Shown: positions 26,337 through 38,333 of the stretch, one piece after another
Numbering within the stretch: the stretch's first letter is position 1
Layout of the letters: every line of letters starts with the position of its first letter
DNA from: Blepharisma stoltei ATCC 30299
Taxonomy: Eukaryota; Protista; Ciliophora
Direction of reading: 5' to 3'
Length of the DNA: 64,000 nt
Assembly (NCBI GenBank): GCA_965603825.1
Contig: CBFDEM010000040.1
Location: 776,864 to 840,863, forward strand
Translations under genes and position numbers: made by a program
Notes under the pieces: model-generated
What the model was told of the DNA's origin: nothing
What the model saw: the letters and a program-made list of their open reading frames with translations, nothing else
Database searches by the model: none

Positions 26337-27926
26337 ATGAACGCAAATTTATCATTTCAAAAACGCCAAGTTGAAAGAAAAACTGTATCTATTGTAAAAG
26401 CTTCACCTCAGGACAGGATTTTTGCTAATTCTTATGGCAAACTTCAAAAGCAGTACCAAAAACTTACTGAGAAATACGAGGAAACCCTTGAAGATCAACG
26501 AGAATTAAAATCTAAATTAGAATACCAAGAAAAAGAACTAGCTAAAAATAAAAAAGCGCTAGAAAGGGTTGTAGATGATAAATGCAGTTTAGAAGAGAAA
26601 CTAAATGAAAGCAAAGCTTATATACGAAAGCTCGAAAATAAAGTGGCAATGGGCCTAAAAGGCAATGGAGATCTCCCTAAAACTGAAAGGCTTATATATT
26701 TAAAGGACCAAAAAAGCAAGCTCGAAGAAGAAAATTATGAGCTTAATGAAACCATTGAAAAACTCAGAGATCATATCATAGTTCTCAGCAAAGCACTTGC
26801 TCTAAAATCCAACGAATTTGAATTAGCCGGGGATATGAAAACAAGCCTCCTATATGATGTTGGGCAATGCAGACTTGACATTGAAAGATCAGAAGAACGA
26901 GAAAAGAAATGACTAGAAAACAATGAAAGACTCCAAACCAGGCTAGATGCAGCATTAGCTACTATTGAAGAACTAAAAGTAATCAGAGAAAGCAACACTG
27001 AAGAGCTATCACAACTAGAAGAAAAAGTGGCTATGCTTAAAAGCGAAAAAGAAAAGCTAGTCGAGGTAATTTTTATATAGAAAAACAAAGATTTATCTGA
27101 AGAAAAGCTTTCTCTATTAGAGTATGTAGAAGAAATTAACATGGAGCGCAGAAAAACTGAATATTCAATCCCAATAGAAAAATTTAACAAAAATATTATT
27201 GATTTGGAACAAAAAATCTGCGAAAAAGAAATCCAGTGTGAAGAATTGTCATTAAAATATGACCAAGCTTTAGAAACAATAAAAGAGCTTGACAAAGAAG
27301 TAAATAGGCTTAGGAAACATTTAGATGGTCTTATAGGAGAAAATGAAGAAATTGCCCAAAATGAATTGGTAATTTTTAATTAGCGTGCCCGGCAGACTTT
27401 TAACGACTATGAAAGAGAAAACGAAGAATTGCTGAAAAAGATTGAGTCAAAAGAAGATAAAATTATGAGTTTGGATATCGAAAATAAAAAATTATTTTCT
27501 GAGCTAGAAGAAGCTCTAGAGAAGATAGAGGAATATGAAAACAAAATTGGGGAAATTAGAGATAATGGAGGAATTACAGAAAAAATGCTGAAAGAGCAGA
27601 TGGAAAAAACACTGGAAGACTTAGAAAGGCTTGCTGAAGAAAGGGACCAGCTGAAAGAAGCTATGAATGAAGCTATAAATAAGTGTGCGAATAGCTTGAT
27701 AAAACAGCAGAATATGGAAAAAGAACAACAAAAAACGCAGAGGCAGGTTGAAAACTTGATTTCTTCGAAAGGGCTGCTGCAGCAGACAATGGTTGAGCAA
27801 GTAAATTCTTTACGACAACAAATAAATAAAGTTAAAGAGGAAAAAGATGATTTATTAGAAGAAATGGAAAAGCTTGCTAAAGAAAACAAAGAGCTGAAAG
27901 AGCTATTAGATCTTGAGCAGCAATAA
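26337..27926 (+). CDS. Long coiled-coil protein
   Basis: Three ORFs joined by TGA 26910 and the 15-nt introns 27066..27080 and 27369..27383. Confidence 0.8.
27066..27080 (+). other. 15-nt intron
   Basis: gtaatttttatatag with an in-frame TAG. Confidence 0.85.
27369..27383 (+). other. 15-nt intron
   Basis: gtaatttttaattag with an in-frame TAG. Confidence 0.85.
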
Positions 27927-28000
27927 TTTAATGTGTTTTAAAACAAAAAGCATGGATAAGTCCTCTTATTTTCATATCGAATTTAATCTTATTAGCTATT

Positions 28001-30775
28001 CTACCTCATTTTAGTCAAAGTCCTTTGTTTATCTGCATGAATAACTAACTTTTCATCAGTTGCCAGTCCTTTTCTCCTCCTCACCTTATTAATGATGCTC
28101 TTCGGCAAGTTTTCCAATATCGGCTGCTCTCCGAACTCTTCCAGCTGCTCTTGTGTTTTATGGGTATAAAACGGGTCCTCCACAATCATCTGCCAATGTG
28201 AAAAAGTCAGCTGCGGCATTACAGCTCCGCTCGTCATAATCCTCAGCTCATCAGAGAACCCAAAGCTTTCCACCACAGGCAAAAATGTTTTACACACGTA
28301 CATATCAGTCCCTTCAGTCAAAATTTCCTGCACAATTTTTCCTCTTTTTCTATTAATAACAGCATAAAGGCGTCCAATGTGCTCTTGGGTGGTCTGAAAC
28401 GTGCATTCATACATCCCTTCTACAATTCGTGGAGAATTAGCTAAAACAGCTCCTCTGCATGCGTCTCTCATAGTGCAAATTACTTGGCCTTGGAAAGGTC
28501 CATATGGATCTTTTGTTTCTTCTGAATTTGAAATTTTGACTTCTTCTATAACAAAGCAGACACCTCTAAGGGGTTCGCCACATAGTGGGCCAGAGTTATT
28601 GGCAAGATCAAAGCCTGCGATAAAAGCATTAGGCAAATCAAAGTCGCAGCCTGAAAATTTTGATGCATTGGTGGAGCTTCCGTTTTCGTCTCCGCTCTCT
28701 GATTCTTCTTTGGTTTCTTCTTTAGGCTCGGACGATTCTAGTATGGATTTTTTTTCTTTGTAAATTAGCATGTTATTGCCTGCTCGGCGAGGGCCGAATG
28801 AGAAGAGATGCTCTTCAATTAAGGTTTTTAGTGGCTGTGGGCAAGTGGTTAAAAGGTTTTTGAATTCTTCAATAAATGCAGATTTTAATTCAGTAGAAGG
28901 TTTAGCAAAAACACCAAAGATTTGTTTCATTACTTCTTGCTTTTCATCCAAAAAGTTCAAAATATGCTCAGGGATCGGATAAGCAGAAACAGTCATTGAG
29001 CACAACTTATTCGGAGTAATATCTGTAAATTGCTTCCCTTCCAACACAATAGTCTCCTTAAAACTCACAAGTGGCTCACTAACAGTCACAGGGACTTTCG
29101 CGAAATTTTCTTCAAGATCTTTTATACACCTTTGTAAATGAACTTCTCCGCATACAGCAATTATATGCTCACCGTTATCTTGTACGTACACTTCTATAGA
29201 GTTATCAGATCGGTCTAACATCTGAAGCCCTTGAACCATGCTATTCATATCATACAAATTCACAGGCTGTACTGAAACTTTTACTATTGGCGACGCTTTG
29301 TGAGGAATAGGCGTAAATGTAGGACAGTCAGGAATTGACGATAAAGTCCCTGTTTTAAACACAACGTGCTCCAAAGAGCCAATCCCTACAATTGTCCCTG
29401 CAGGTGCACTATCTACAGGTATCAAATACTGCCCCATAAGTAAATACAATTTTTCAATCAAGCACTCAATCACGTCTCCTTTGTTTTCTATCACATAAAT
29501 TGGTGTATTTCTCGTCAAAGTCCCTGAAAACACTCTGCTAAAAGCTATCAAAGTTTCATTATAGTCTATTTCCTCGCCTGGTTTTCTATTAATATGGATA
29601 CTTGGATCAATTGACACCATTTTGCTCACAAAAACTGAAATCGGCCCTGCTTGGTCGCATGCAGAAACACTTGTAAATAATTCTGGGCATTTTTCTTCTA
29701 ATGCAGGTGCAATCACTTTTATTCGTTCCCCTTGCGCTTTTATAGGGCTTGGCAGGTTTCTGACGATCATCGACAATATTGATTTATCAATTGGCATCCA
29801 TGAGCTCATAACTGCTTGCAAAGTAGTTCTCGGCTCATTGTTCAAGTAGCTCATATCTCTTTGAGATACTGCAATATCGATTTTTTCTAGCATAGATGTC
29901 AGCTTTTCTGGGTTTTTGTTGATCATAATGCAGTCGTAAATTCTCCATAGTGGCTCCAGCACAAACTGTACAAACATTGGCTGGCATTTTTCGCTGAATT
30001 TTTTTTTGACGACTTTTTTGCTTTTCGGGTTATAGTAAAACTCGCCCCAAAAGCAGCTGCAAAGAGCTTTAGGGTTGAATCCCATTTTTTTCGCATAAAT
30101 ATCTGCGAATTCTCGCAATGTGAACGCCCACCTATCTAGTGCACTTGAAAAGGCCACATTTCCAAGCTCTGGCTTAAAAAAGAAGCTTTCTTCGTCGCTT
30201 TCGTCGTCTACGACTCTTCCTCTTTTTTCGTAATAAAACCCACTGACGACTGCGTTTACCTTTTCTACAATGGAATTTAAATGCTTATATGCATCTTCTG
30301 GGGTCATTCTCAGCTCGTTTATGAGCCTATCGATTTTGTTTAGAACTAAACAGACCCTTATGCCCTCGTCCCAGCTCTGTTTCAGCACAGTGTAGGTCTG
30401 TGCACAAAACCCTTCGACAACGTCTATTAGTAACAGGCCACCGTCACAGACCCTCAGAGCGGCTGCGACTTCAGATGAGAAATCGACATGTCCAGGGGAA
30501 TCAATAAGGTTGATAAGGTAGGAGGTTTCTTGCATAGGGTAAATAAGGGAAATTGAGCTTGATTTCATTGTAATGCACCTTGCTTGCTCATCGGGACGGG
30601 AATCAAGATAACGCAACTTTCCTGCGAGCTTTGGGGATATTATCTGGTTAGAAGAGATTAAGCTATCAGAAAGAGAAGTTTTACCATGGTCAACGTGAGC
30701 GAGAATAGATATATTTCGGATTAATTCAGGGTGTGAACGAAGTTCGAGAATCTCTGATTGCTTCTTCCAGTTCAT
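28001..30775 (-). CDS. EFL1: Elongation factor-like GTPase EFL1/Ria1 (60S maturation)
   Basis: IRNISILAHVDHGKTSL, LRYLDSRPDEQARCITMKSSSISL, DSPGHVDF, and the EFL1-type C-terminus RRRKGL..HADKQRTL. Confidence 0.93.
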   Translation of the reverse strand: MNWKKQSEILELRSHPELIRNISILAHVDHGKTSLSDSLISSNQIISPKLAGKLRYLDSRPDEQARCITMKSSSISLIYPMQETSYLINLIDSPGHVDFSSEVAAALRVCDGGLLLIDVVEGFCAQTYTVLKQSWDEGIRVCLVLNKIDRLINELRMTPEDAYKHLNSIVEKVNAVVSGFYYEKRGRVVDDESDEESFFFKPELGNVAFSSALDRWAFTLREFADIYAKKMGFNPKALCSCFWGEFYYNPKSKKVVKKKFSEKCQPMFVQFVLEPLWRIYDCIMINKNPEKLTSMLEKIDIAVSQRDMSYLNNEPRTTLQAVMSSWMPIDKSILSMIVRNLPSPIKAQGERIKVIAPALEEKCPELFTSVSACDQAGPISVFVSKMVSIDPSIHINRKPGEEIDYNETLIAFSRVFSGTLTRNTPIYVIENKGDVIECLIEKLYLLMGQYLIPVDSAPAGTIVGIGSLEHVVFKTGTLSSIPDCPTFTPIPHKASPIVKVSVQPVNLYDMNSMVQGLQMLDRSDNSIEVYVQDNGEHIIAVCGEVHLQRCIKDLEENFAKVPVTVSEPLVSFKETIVLEGKQFTDITPNKLCSMTVSAYPIPEHILNFLDEKQEVMKQIFGVFAKPSTELKSAFIEEFKNLLTTCPQPLKTLIEEHLFSFGPRRAGNNMLIYKEKKSILESSEPKEETKEESESGDENGSSTNASKFSGCDFDLPNAFIAGFDLANNSGPLCGEPLRGVCFVIEEVKISNSEETKDPYGPFQGQVICTMRDACRGAVLANSPRIVEGMYECTFQTTQEHIGRLYAVINRKRGKIVQEILTEGTDMYVCKTFLPVVESFGFSDELRIMTSGAVMPQLTFSHWQMIVEDPFYTHKTQEQLEEFGEQPILENLPKSIINKVRRRKGLATDEKLVIHADKQRTLTKMR

Positions 30776-30928
30776 AAGAAAAATATGTCTTGGAAATTAA
30801 TTAGGGAATATTTAAATTCTTTAGAAATTATTGAAATGATCTCAGAAAAGATAATAGAAGATTTTCAGAATAAGAAAATTTTAGAAAATAGATATTAATA
30901 TTTGTTTTTTAAAAAAGTTCTGTGAAGC

Positions 30929-31480
30929 CTAGTCGACTCGTTTCATCAGCTTTCTAAGTTCTCGGTTTTCAGACATCAATTCTGAATTTTGCCTAGCTAA
31001 AGTTTCCAATTGCTTTTGGATATCAAACGCAGGTGGAGTTTCGTCTCCATCAGATAAAATAGTCATCATCATGCGCTTATGGGTTTCTAACATATCAGTG
31101 ATCTAAATAGTTGATACGTTATTGTTTAGCTGTGATGCACAGTGAGCCAAATCAAAAACAGAGGGGTCATTTTGAACTTGTTTATTTCTCAATGGCTGGG
31201 TAGGTTTATTCCAAGTAGAAGTTCGATGGTATCGTCGAACCTGTGGCTTAAATGAAGGCGAGCTGTTAGGAGAACTCTGAAGAGTTACTGTAGAGTCTTC
31301 ACTTTGAGCATGGTGCAGACTTGCGAGGTTAATGGATCGATAAACTAAAGGGATATCTCGGCTGTCACGAGAGTTGTCAGCATTTCCGTCATCACAAAGA
31401 CTACTCACTGCAAATCTGCCTTTAGTTACTGCCACTCTTGCCATGGCTTTTGTATTAATAAACTGAGGGTAAAGCAACAT
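30929..31480 (-). CDS. Hypothetical protein with a C-terminal coiled coil
   Basis: ORF 31103..31480 extended by the 15-nt intron 31103..31117 to TAG 30929-31. Confidence 0.65.
31103..31117 (-). other. 15-nt intron
   Basis: gtatcaactatttag. Confidence 0.75.
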
Positions 31481-31733
31481 TTTATTCAGCGCTGGTTTAA
31501 TATTAGATAATTTTAAAATGTTATTTCACCTAAAAATTCTCCTTGTATAGAAGGTGGGCTAAGGATATTTTTATGGATTTATTTTTTGCTATTTTGAGCC
31601 AGAGATCTGGGATTGGTTCTTATTTCAGAATTTTAACCATAAAGATATGGTGAATTTTTATCAATATTATAATAGAAAATCTGTCTGAAAATCTATATAT
31701 TTTTATTTTCACTGATTTTTAAATTTTATTAGC

Positions 31734-32780
31734 TTAATATAACGTAGTTCTTCCGCCTCTTAAATCGCTATGAGCTTTCTTCAAGTCAGTCTTAAGTCTA
31801 CTGATTTCAGTCTCTGATTGCACTTGAGAATATGATGGCCTTGTTGCTAATTTTCTCCTCAGAGTTTCGACTTCTCTCATGCACTTACTTCTCACAATGC
31901 TCATCAAACATTTTTCTCTTGCTCTCCAAGCCTTATTTAAATCTTCCAAAAATCTGTTCATGTGATGGGATTTAAACCCAACGTTCCCATATTTAGTCAA
32001 AAACTCGTTGGCTAATCTTGCAGTTTCAAGCGGGATCCAGTCGTCGCATTCTTCAGTTATTTTTGCTTTTACACAGTCATAATGGCTTGTAGGGTTTGTC
32101 TGAGGCAAATACCTAACGCCATTTGAGGCTTCTGCAAACTCCCCGAATTCTTTAAATTCCTTTGTGGACTTCAACAGTCTCATAAGTCTTGCGTTGTCTG
32201 CTTTAAAATGCTCGATTTCTAGCATCATTGTGCCTTCTGATCTTTTCGATAAATACAAGTTATCGATACTACTTTCATTCTCCTTTATTTTTACCTGCAG
32301 ATTTTCTAATGTTTTGGTCTTTTGAACAATTCTTTCGTCTGCATCTCTAAGCCGTTGATACTCTAAGTGGTAGCTTGCTGATACAGACTCAAGTGCTTTA
32401 TCTTTATTTTTGATGATTTCTCTGAGTTCTTTAATTTCGTCATCTCTCTTTTTCAATTCAGCTTGGAAACTTAGAACGTCAAGGTTGACATGTGGACTTT
32501 TCCTTTGCAGCTGCTCTAAGCGGAATTCATAGTCTTTTATTTGCCTATCTTTTTCATGTAAAACGTTATCACGGTCACCAATCTGTTTTTGAGTCCGCTC
32601 AAGGACATCTGCAGTTTCTTCTAATTGGTGCAAAATCAGCGCTTTTTCTTCTTTAGATTTAGCAAGCTGCAACTCTAGGTTGTTCATGCCAGAGCGGAGT
32701 TCGTCGATGTCTGAGCTTTTGGAAGAAGCATGATTTAAATCAGAGGTACTGAGGCCACGGGATGAGCCGAGGTTTTCCAT
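31734..32780 (-). CDS. Hypothetical coiled-coil protein
   Basis: 348-aa uninterrupted ORF with heptad-rich composition. Confidence 0.8.
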   Translation of the reverse strand: MENLGSSRGLSTSDLNHASSKSSDIDELRSGMNNLELQLAKSKEEKALILHQLEETADVLERTQKQIGDRDNVLHEKDRQIKDYEFRLEQLQRKSPHVNLDVLSFQAELKKRDDEIKELREIIKNKDKALESVSASYHLEYQRLRDADERIVQKTKTLENLQVKIKENESSIDNLYLSKRSEGTMMLEIEHFKADNARLMRLLKSTKEFKEFGEFAEASNGVRYLPQTNPTSHYDCVKAKITEECDDWIPLETARLANEFLTKYGNVGFKSHHMNRFLEDLNKAWRAREKCLMSIVRSKCMREVETLRRKLATRPSYSQVQSETEISRLKTDLKKAHSDLRGGRTTLY

Positions 32781-32807
32781 TTCAAATTATTTAATTTTAG
32801 GGAAATA

Positions 32808-34142
32808 TTATGAAGATTTCGGAGTTTCTAATTTTAAGGCGCTTAAATAGTCTGATAAATTGAGAGAGGAGTCCCATGTTTTCCTCTCCTCAATTATTTT
32901 CAAATTGTCTTCAATTTGGCTTTGTGTAATTATTTTTTTTAGGCAGAATAAAATATCATTTGTGTCTTCCTTGCATGATATTTTGTATAAGCTTTCAAAT
33001 GATTTTAAAATTTCTTTGATGGAATTTTCTTTTTGATGAGCAGTCCCAAATGTATTTATTGATAAAACACAATTTTCTGTCATTAGATTCTTTAGCTTTC
33101 TTAAGAAATCTTGAGAAGTAAATGGAGGTGGAGGGGTGGGAATATGTGAGTCTGCTGCACATATATCAAGGAACACCAAATCAAATTGTAAGTCTCTGCA
33201 ATTTTCGACAAAAACTAAAGCATCTTCAATGATAATTTGTTGCCTATTAGACTCTTTAGCACCAAAAAACCTTCTTCCAATATCAATAAGTGAACTATCA
33301 ATATCTACAGCAAATACTTGGATATTTTGGAAATGGCTTAATAAAAATGATGAAAAAACTCCTCCTCCAGCCCCCAAAATCAAAACATTTATCATTTCTT
33401 CATTCCCAAAAATTGTATTGGAATTGAACGCCAAAGAAAAAAGCATAACCTTCAGTCATTCACATGTCAGAGTGCTATAATCCGCTTCTAGTAAACCCCC
33501 CTGCTTCACTGCTGGCGAATTCTCAGCATGCAAAGGGCTGTCTGTGTTTAAAACTTGTTTAAGCTTGATTTCTGATTGTATTTGGTTAACATTTGTGAGA
33601 TAAATCAGCTGTCTCAAATATGTTTCCTCTTCTTTTACATCTTCTATAATCATATTCCCATTCTGAAATACCACAGCCCTCTCCCCTATATCTCCATTTG
33701 TCATGAACGCAATTCTTGATGACTTGCCCATTGGAGGGGCCAAAAATTGTGCGATTTCTGATAATTCTTGCTGAATTGCTTGCATTGTGCTAAATTCAAA
33801 GCCATGATTAAGCTTTACAAATAAGAGTCTTGAAGTGTTGACTGTTTTAAGCAAATCTCTCTGGCCTTCGATTTCGCTGAAACTTCATGAGTTTTCTTGG
33901 CCTTGAGGGATAATAAATACGCTAAAAGTCTTAAGTTTGAGCTTTTGTTTGGAAGGGGAGTCAACCAATGTGAAAGAGTATTTTGGGAAAATGGGGTTTT
34001 CTGAAGAAAAGCACGGAATTGAGATTATCTGTGAAGGCTTAAGCGGGATTGTAATTCTTGATTGGAATAGAAGAGATTTATCCACTTGTAAGTTGAATTT
34101 TCCAATCTTGAAAGAAAGATTTTCAATTGATGGCTCAACCAT
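32808..34142 (-). CDS. METTL13/eEF1A-KNMT-like methyltransferase, linker plus C-terminal domain only (444 aa)
   Basis: FIIPQGQENS-W-SFS, RLLFVKLNHG, YLRQLIY...IQSE, SAM motif VLILGAGGG, VDID, FDLVFLD, PPPPF. Joined by TGA at 33885 and 33456. Confidence 0.8.
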
Positions 34143-34274
34143 AATAATTTTCTTTATACATCATTTTATAGTAAAATATCTAGAGAATTGTTTACCAATA
34201 TTGACTTATACAAAAAAATTAAACAACTTCTGAGAATTCTCAATCTGCTTATTAATTCTAGTTTAACAATAAAA

Positions 34275-36485
34275 ATGGGCTTTCGTCGTCCGGCTTTTAC
34301 GAAGCTCTTATTCGAATCCCCTTCAGTGGTCAACGGCGAAGAAGAAGAGCTTAAACGAGAAGACTTTGATTTCGAGCGACGTCTTGGTGATGGAGCTTTT
34401 GGCCAAGTATGGAGAGTCAGGCACAAGAAAACCTCGCATTTATATGCACTGAAGCAAGTCCCAAAGGATAAAGTTACTAAAATGCTTCCACAATTTCGCC
34501 GAGAAGTCTATATTATGTATGAGCTAAACCACCCTCACATTATAAAACTTTATAATCACTTTGAAGACGAAAAGAACTTTTATCTCATCATGGAACTTGC
34601 TGAAGGTGGCAACCTATTCCACAAACTCTACAGAGAAAAACAATTCCTAGAGCGTGTGGCTGCTCAATACTTCCGTGAAGTCGGCTTGGCAGTCGAGTAT
34701 TTGCATTCGCATGTCCCAGCAATTATTCATAGAGACATAAAACCTGAAAATATTTTGCTTGACAAAGATGGAAGATTGAAACTGACTGATTTTGGATGGT
34801 CGAATTACTATTCAAAAGATAACGCAATGCCGAGATTTACCACTTGTGGGACCTTGGAGTACCTGCCTCCAGAAATGGTTGAAGAAAAAGGGCATGACAC
34901 TTCAGCTGATATTTGATGCCTGGGGATTTTATTGTATGAAATGCTGAATGGCTCGACTCCTTTTAAAGCGACGGTCAGGGACCAAATGTTGAGAAATATT
35001 GCGAATGGAAAACCAAAATTCCCTCTGACGTTTCCTGCATATGCAAAAGACTTGATAAGCAAAATGCTGGAAAAAGAGCCTGCGAGACGCTTGACGATCC
35101 AACAGGTAATAAACCACAAATGAATGCTTGACCATCCTCCTATGCGAGCCACAATCACGCAGGAGCTGCAGCCAAAGCCTCTTCCTGACTTAAATGTAGA
35201 AAACCCAAACATCCCTAAAGGCTACGTTGTGATTTCCAAACAAGAATCCAAAAATTCTACAGAAACCTCAGAGCAGCCTGAAGAAGCAAAATCGCCCACA
35301 AAAAAAGCATCCCAAAATGAGCCACTAGAAGCTATAGAAGAAATGAAATCACCACAGCCCAACTCATATCGCCAGAGCATCCAACAAATGAAGCACACTC
35401 TCTCACAAAAAGAAGAAGAAACCAAACTAGCCCGTCACAAGCTGCAAGAGCAAGCCCATGCATTACAAAAATATGAAGAAAACATAAAACTTTTAGATGA
35501 AAGAATTAATGAAAAAAGAAAAGAACTTGCCTTGCTCACTGTCTCTGAAAAAGAAATGCTGCTGAAGATTTCTGATGTAAACTTAGAATTAGAAAAACTA
35601 CAGAGTTCATGTGATGGCCATGCCACTGCAGAAAATAATGCTATTAAATCTAAAGAATTGCTAGAAAAAGCAAATGAGGTGAAGCTCTCGCAGAAAAATT
35701 TAGAAAATTTAAGAGAGGAGGTAAAAATGAAATCTATGGAAATTAATGAAAAAGAAAAAAATTTGAATTCCTTGCAGATTTATCTGAGAAAGCTGCTTGA
35801 TGAAGCACAAAATGAAGGAAATGAGAAAAAATCGAAAATAAATGAACTGGAAATAAACTCTGATGTACTGAGAACGAGGCTGGAAACCCAGAATAAAACA
35901 GCAAAAGAGTTCGGAAACGATGAAAAAGTCACTGCTAATGAAATTATGGGCTATATACAGACAAGGTATTCTGAGCTGGGAAACCCGCTCACTAGCTTAG
36001 AAGAAAAAATAATAAAATCAGAAGAAACCATCATAGAGACTGAGCAGCTTCTTAGCAACTCCAAGCTTGATTTTGAAGAAAGAAGAGCTCAAGTAGTCCA
36101 AGGCGCTCGGAAGAAAAAAGACGAAATTGCTAAAAATGCGAAAAAAATGGCAGAAGATGCACGGGAAGAGTATAAAAATAAAGTAGAGATGGATAAACAG
36201 GTGCTTAAAGAGGAATTAAATGAAGCGAGAAAGCTAGAAATTAAATTTTTTGTGGAAGATGTTGAAATTGACCATGCCAAAGAAAAAATCAATGTAAGAC
36301 AAATGTAGTCTTTGAAAAAAGATTTAGAAGAAAGAAGGAAAAAAATCGCAGCACTTCAAGCAAATAGAAAAGAAAGCCAAGCCAGACTTAACACAAAGAA
36401 GAAAGAAGTGGAGGACACTGAAATGGAGTATGGCACTTTAAAAGCTCAAATGTTCCACAACCCGCAAATTTATGATGAATTATAA
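34275..36485 (+). CDS. Aurora-like Ser/Thr kinase with a long coiled-coil tail (731 aa)
   Basis: LGDGAFGQV, HRDIKPEN, DFGWS, CGTLEYLPPEM, ADI-W(TGA 34914)-CLG, HK-W(TGA 35121). Intron 36294..36308; TAA 36483-85. Confidence 0.9.
36294..36308 (+). other. 15-nt intron
   Basis: gtaagacaaatgtag. Confidence 0.8.
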
Positions 36486-36526
36486 TTGTTTATTATTTAT
36501 ATTTATTAAGTGTAATTTTAATAAAA

Positions 36527-37171
36527 ATGACAGAAATTTTTAAAAGTTTTGAAAAGGATTTTATCGAGCTTTTAATAGAATGCAGAAAAACTATAGCAAA
36601 AAGTGACATCGATTCTTTATTAAAACTTAAAAGCGATTTGGCTCAAGCCGAAAAGTACCTAAAACAGATGGAAATAGAGGTTTCTATGATGCCAATCACC
36701 ACAAAAGGTTCTTTACTAGCAAAAACTAAGAGATATCGTAAAGAATGGCAAGAATTAGACAACAGGCTGCAATGGGAAAAGTATGGGTCCTCCAGTAAAC
36801 CAAATAAAGATTTATTAATCGAGTTTTCCAATGTAAATGATCTTGTCCATGACCAAAAACTTGCCAAAGTTCAGAACTTAGCTTTAGACCAAAGATCAAG
36901 ACTAGAAAATGGAAAAAAAGTTGCACTAGAAACAGAAGGTATCGCAATCGACACTATGACCAGCCTAAAAGCCCAAAGAGATGTAATTGCAAATTCAACT
37001 ACAGGCGCTCGAGAAATCTCTAGAGACCTAGGAAAATCCAACAACCTAATAAACACAATGCAAAGGAGGTCTATCGCTAACAAACTCATAATGTTTGGCA
37101 TCATTTTTCTGCTAATTGCTACTATTGGAGTTGTAGTCTATGAAAAATTCAACAGAGACAAATCAGTTTAA
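36527..37171 (+). CDS. VTI1: Vti1-type Qb-SNARE
   Basis: FKSFEKDF Habc start, SNARE motif RLENGKKVALETEGIA..LKAQRD, C-terminal TM. Confidence 0.88.
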   Translation: MTEIFKSFEKDFIELLIECRKTIAKSDIDSLLKLKSDLAQAEKYLKQMEIEVSMMPITTKGSLLAKTKRYRKEWQELDNRLQWEKYGSSSKPNKDLLIEFSNVNDLVHDQKLAKVQNLALDQRSRLENGKKVALETEGIAIDTMTSLKAQRDVIANSTTGAREISRDLGKSNNLINTMQRRSIANKLIMFGIIFLLIATIGVVVYEKFNRDKSV

Positions 37172-37196
37172 TGAAATTTTAATACAAAATTAATTA

Positions 37197-38333
37197 TTAG
37201 AATCGACTCGTGTTAGATCTCGGTTTGTCTCTTACTATAAGTCTGCTTAGTTTTAGAGTAGGAATTTCTCGTAATTCTTGCAGTTTGTACTTGAAGACAC
37301 TCCTGGCGCTTTCATTGGAAAAAGTTGGGCTTTTAAGACTAGGAGTTCGGAGCTTAATTCGGTTGATTTTTTCTCTGGCCGTTAAGCTAGCTAATGGAAA
37401 ATCTTCTTCAGGGTTTTGGACGTCTAGCTTGAGTTTTAAGCATGGGTGAGAAAAATCAGTGATTTTGTGTCTAGCTGTGTTTCGTATGTTATATGAGTCC
37501 CTTAGAGACTGGACTACGCTGGGAGGATAAAGGCTTTTGATATCGTCGTTACGGATTTTCGCTACTTTTACTACATCGCTCATAGCAACCGCTGCAAAAG
37601 ATGAGGGTCTATTAAACAAGGCTGTTTCATCACCTATAATTGACCCTTTTTCTAGCTGTGAAACAGTTTTCTTATAAGGGCCTAGCTGCTGAAATAATTT
37701 GCAGGACCCTTCAGTTATTATCATCATACAGTCTGTAACTGATCCTTGCTTTATCATAATATCTCCTCTCCTATGCATGTCAAAGTCAATCAAATAAGCC
37801 AGCCTTTCTTTTTGAGAAGGAGGGTATTGTGAAATCCCAATAATAAACTGGTCAATTATTTTCTTTTTAGTTTCTATTTCTGCATGAACTTCTTTTCCTA
37901 AAAACAGTTTAAATAATTTAGCCTCTAGCACTAGCACATAGGTTTCCTCAGCGGCTATTGCTGTAAGGCTTCTGGGGAAATTTTTTAAAATTCCACGTTC
38001 ACCTATTAAAGCTCCTTTTGTTTGAAAATTTACAAGTGTCATATCAGAACAATCAGGAGACTCATGATTATACATTTGAAGGGCACCTTTGAGGATTACG
38101 TAAATGCAGGCACTTGGGTCTCCTTTTTTGAAAAGACGTTTTCCAGCATCTAGCTTTTTGACTGAAAAGTTGCGCAATAAGGTCATTCTATTTGTTTGGT
38201 TGAGGGAATGCATCGCTATTTGTAATGAGCGCAAGTCAGAAAAGATGTCGTCAAGCTCTTCGAGGTCATCGAAAGTTTTGAAAGTTTTGCTGATTATGCA
38301 GAGAGCACGTGATAGCCTTTCGTCTGGTTCCAT
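37197..38333 (-). CDS. Tandem cyclic-nucleotide-binding domain protein
   Basis: LFKKGDP..IYVILKG..GALIGERG..PRSLTAIA, and a second domain MIKQGS..IGDETAL. Confidence 0.85.
   Translation of the reverse strand: MEPDERLSRALCIISKTFKTFDDLEELDDIFSDLRSLQIAMHSLNQTNRMTLLRNFSVKKLDAGKRLFKKGDPSACIYVILKGALQMYNHESPDCSDMTLVNFQTKGALIGERGILKNFPRSLTAIAAEETYVLVLEAKLFKLFLGKEVHAEIETKKKIIDQFIIGISQYPPSQKERLAYLIDFDMHRRGDIMIKQGSVTDCMMIITEGSCKLFQQLGPYKKTVSQLEKGSIIGDETALFNRPSSFAAVAMSDVVKVAKIRNDDIKSLYPPSVVQSLRDSYNIRNTARHKITDFSHPCLKLKLDVQNPEEDFPLASLTAREKINRIKLRTPSLKSPTFSNESARSVFKYKLQELREIPTLKLSRLIVRDKPRSNTSRF

Noticed and set aside
28401-29849. Antisense ORFs within EFL1, and similar ones opposite the coiled-coil genes
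   Set aside because: Shadow ORFs (Ser/Phe/Leu-rich complements of Glu/Lys-rich frames) with no motifs.
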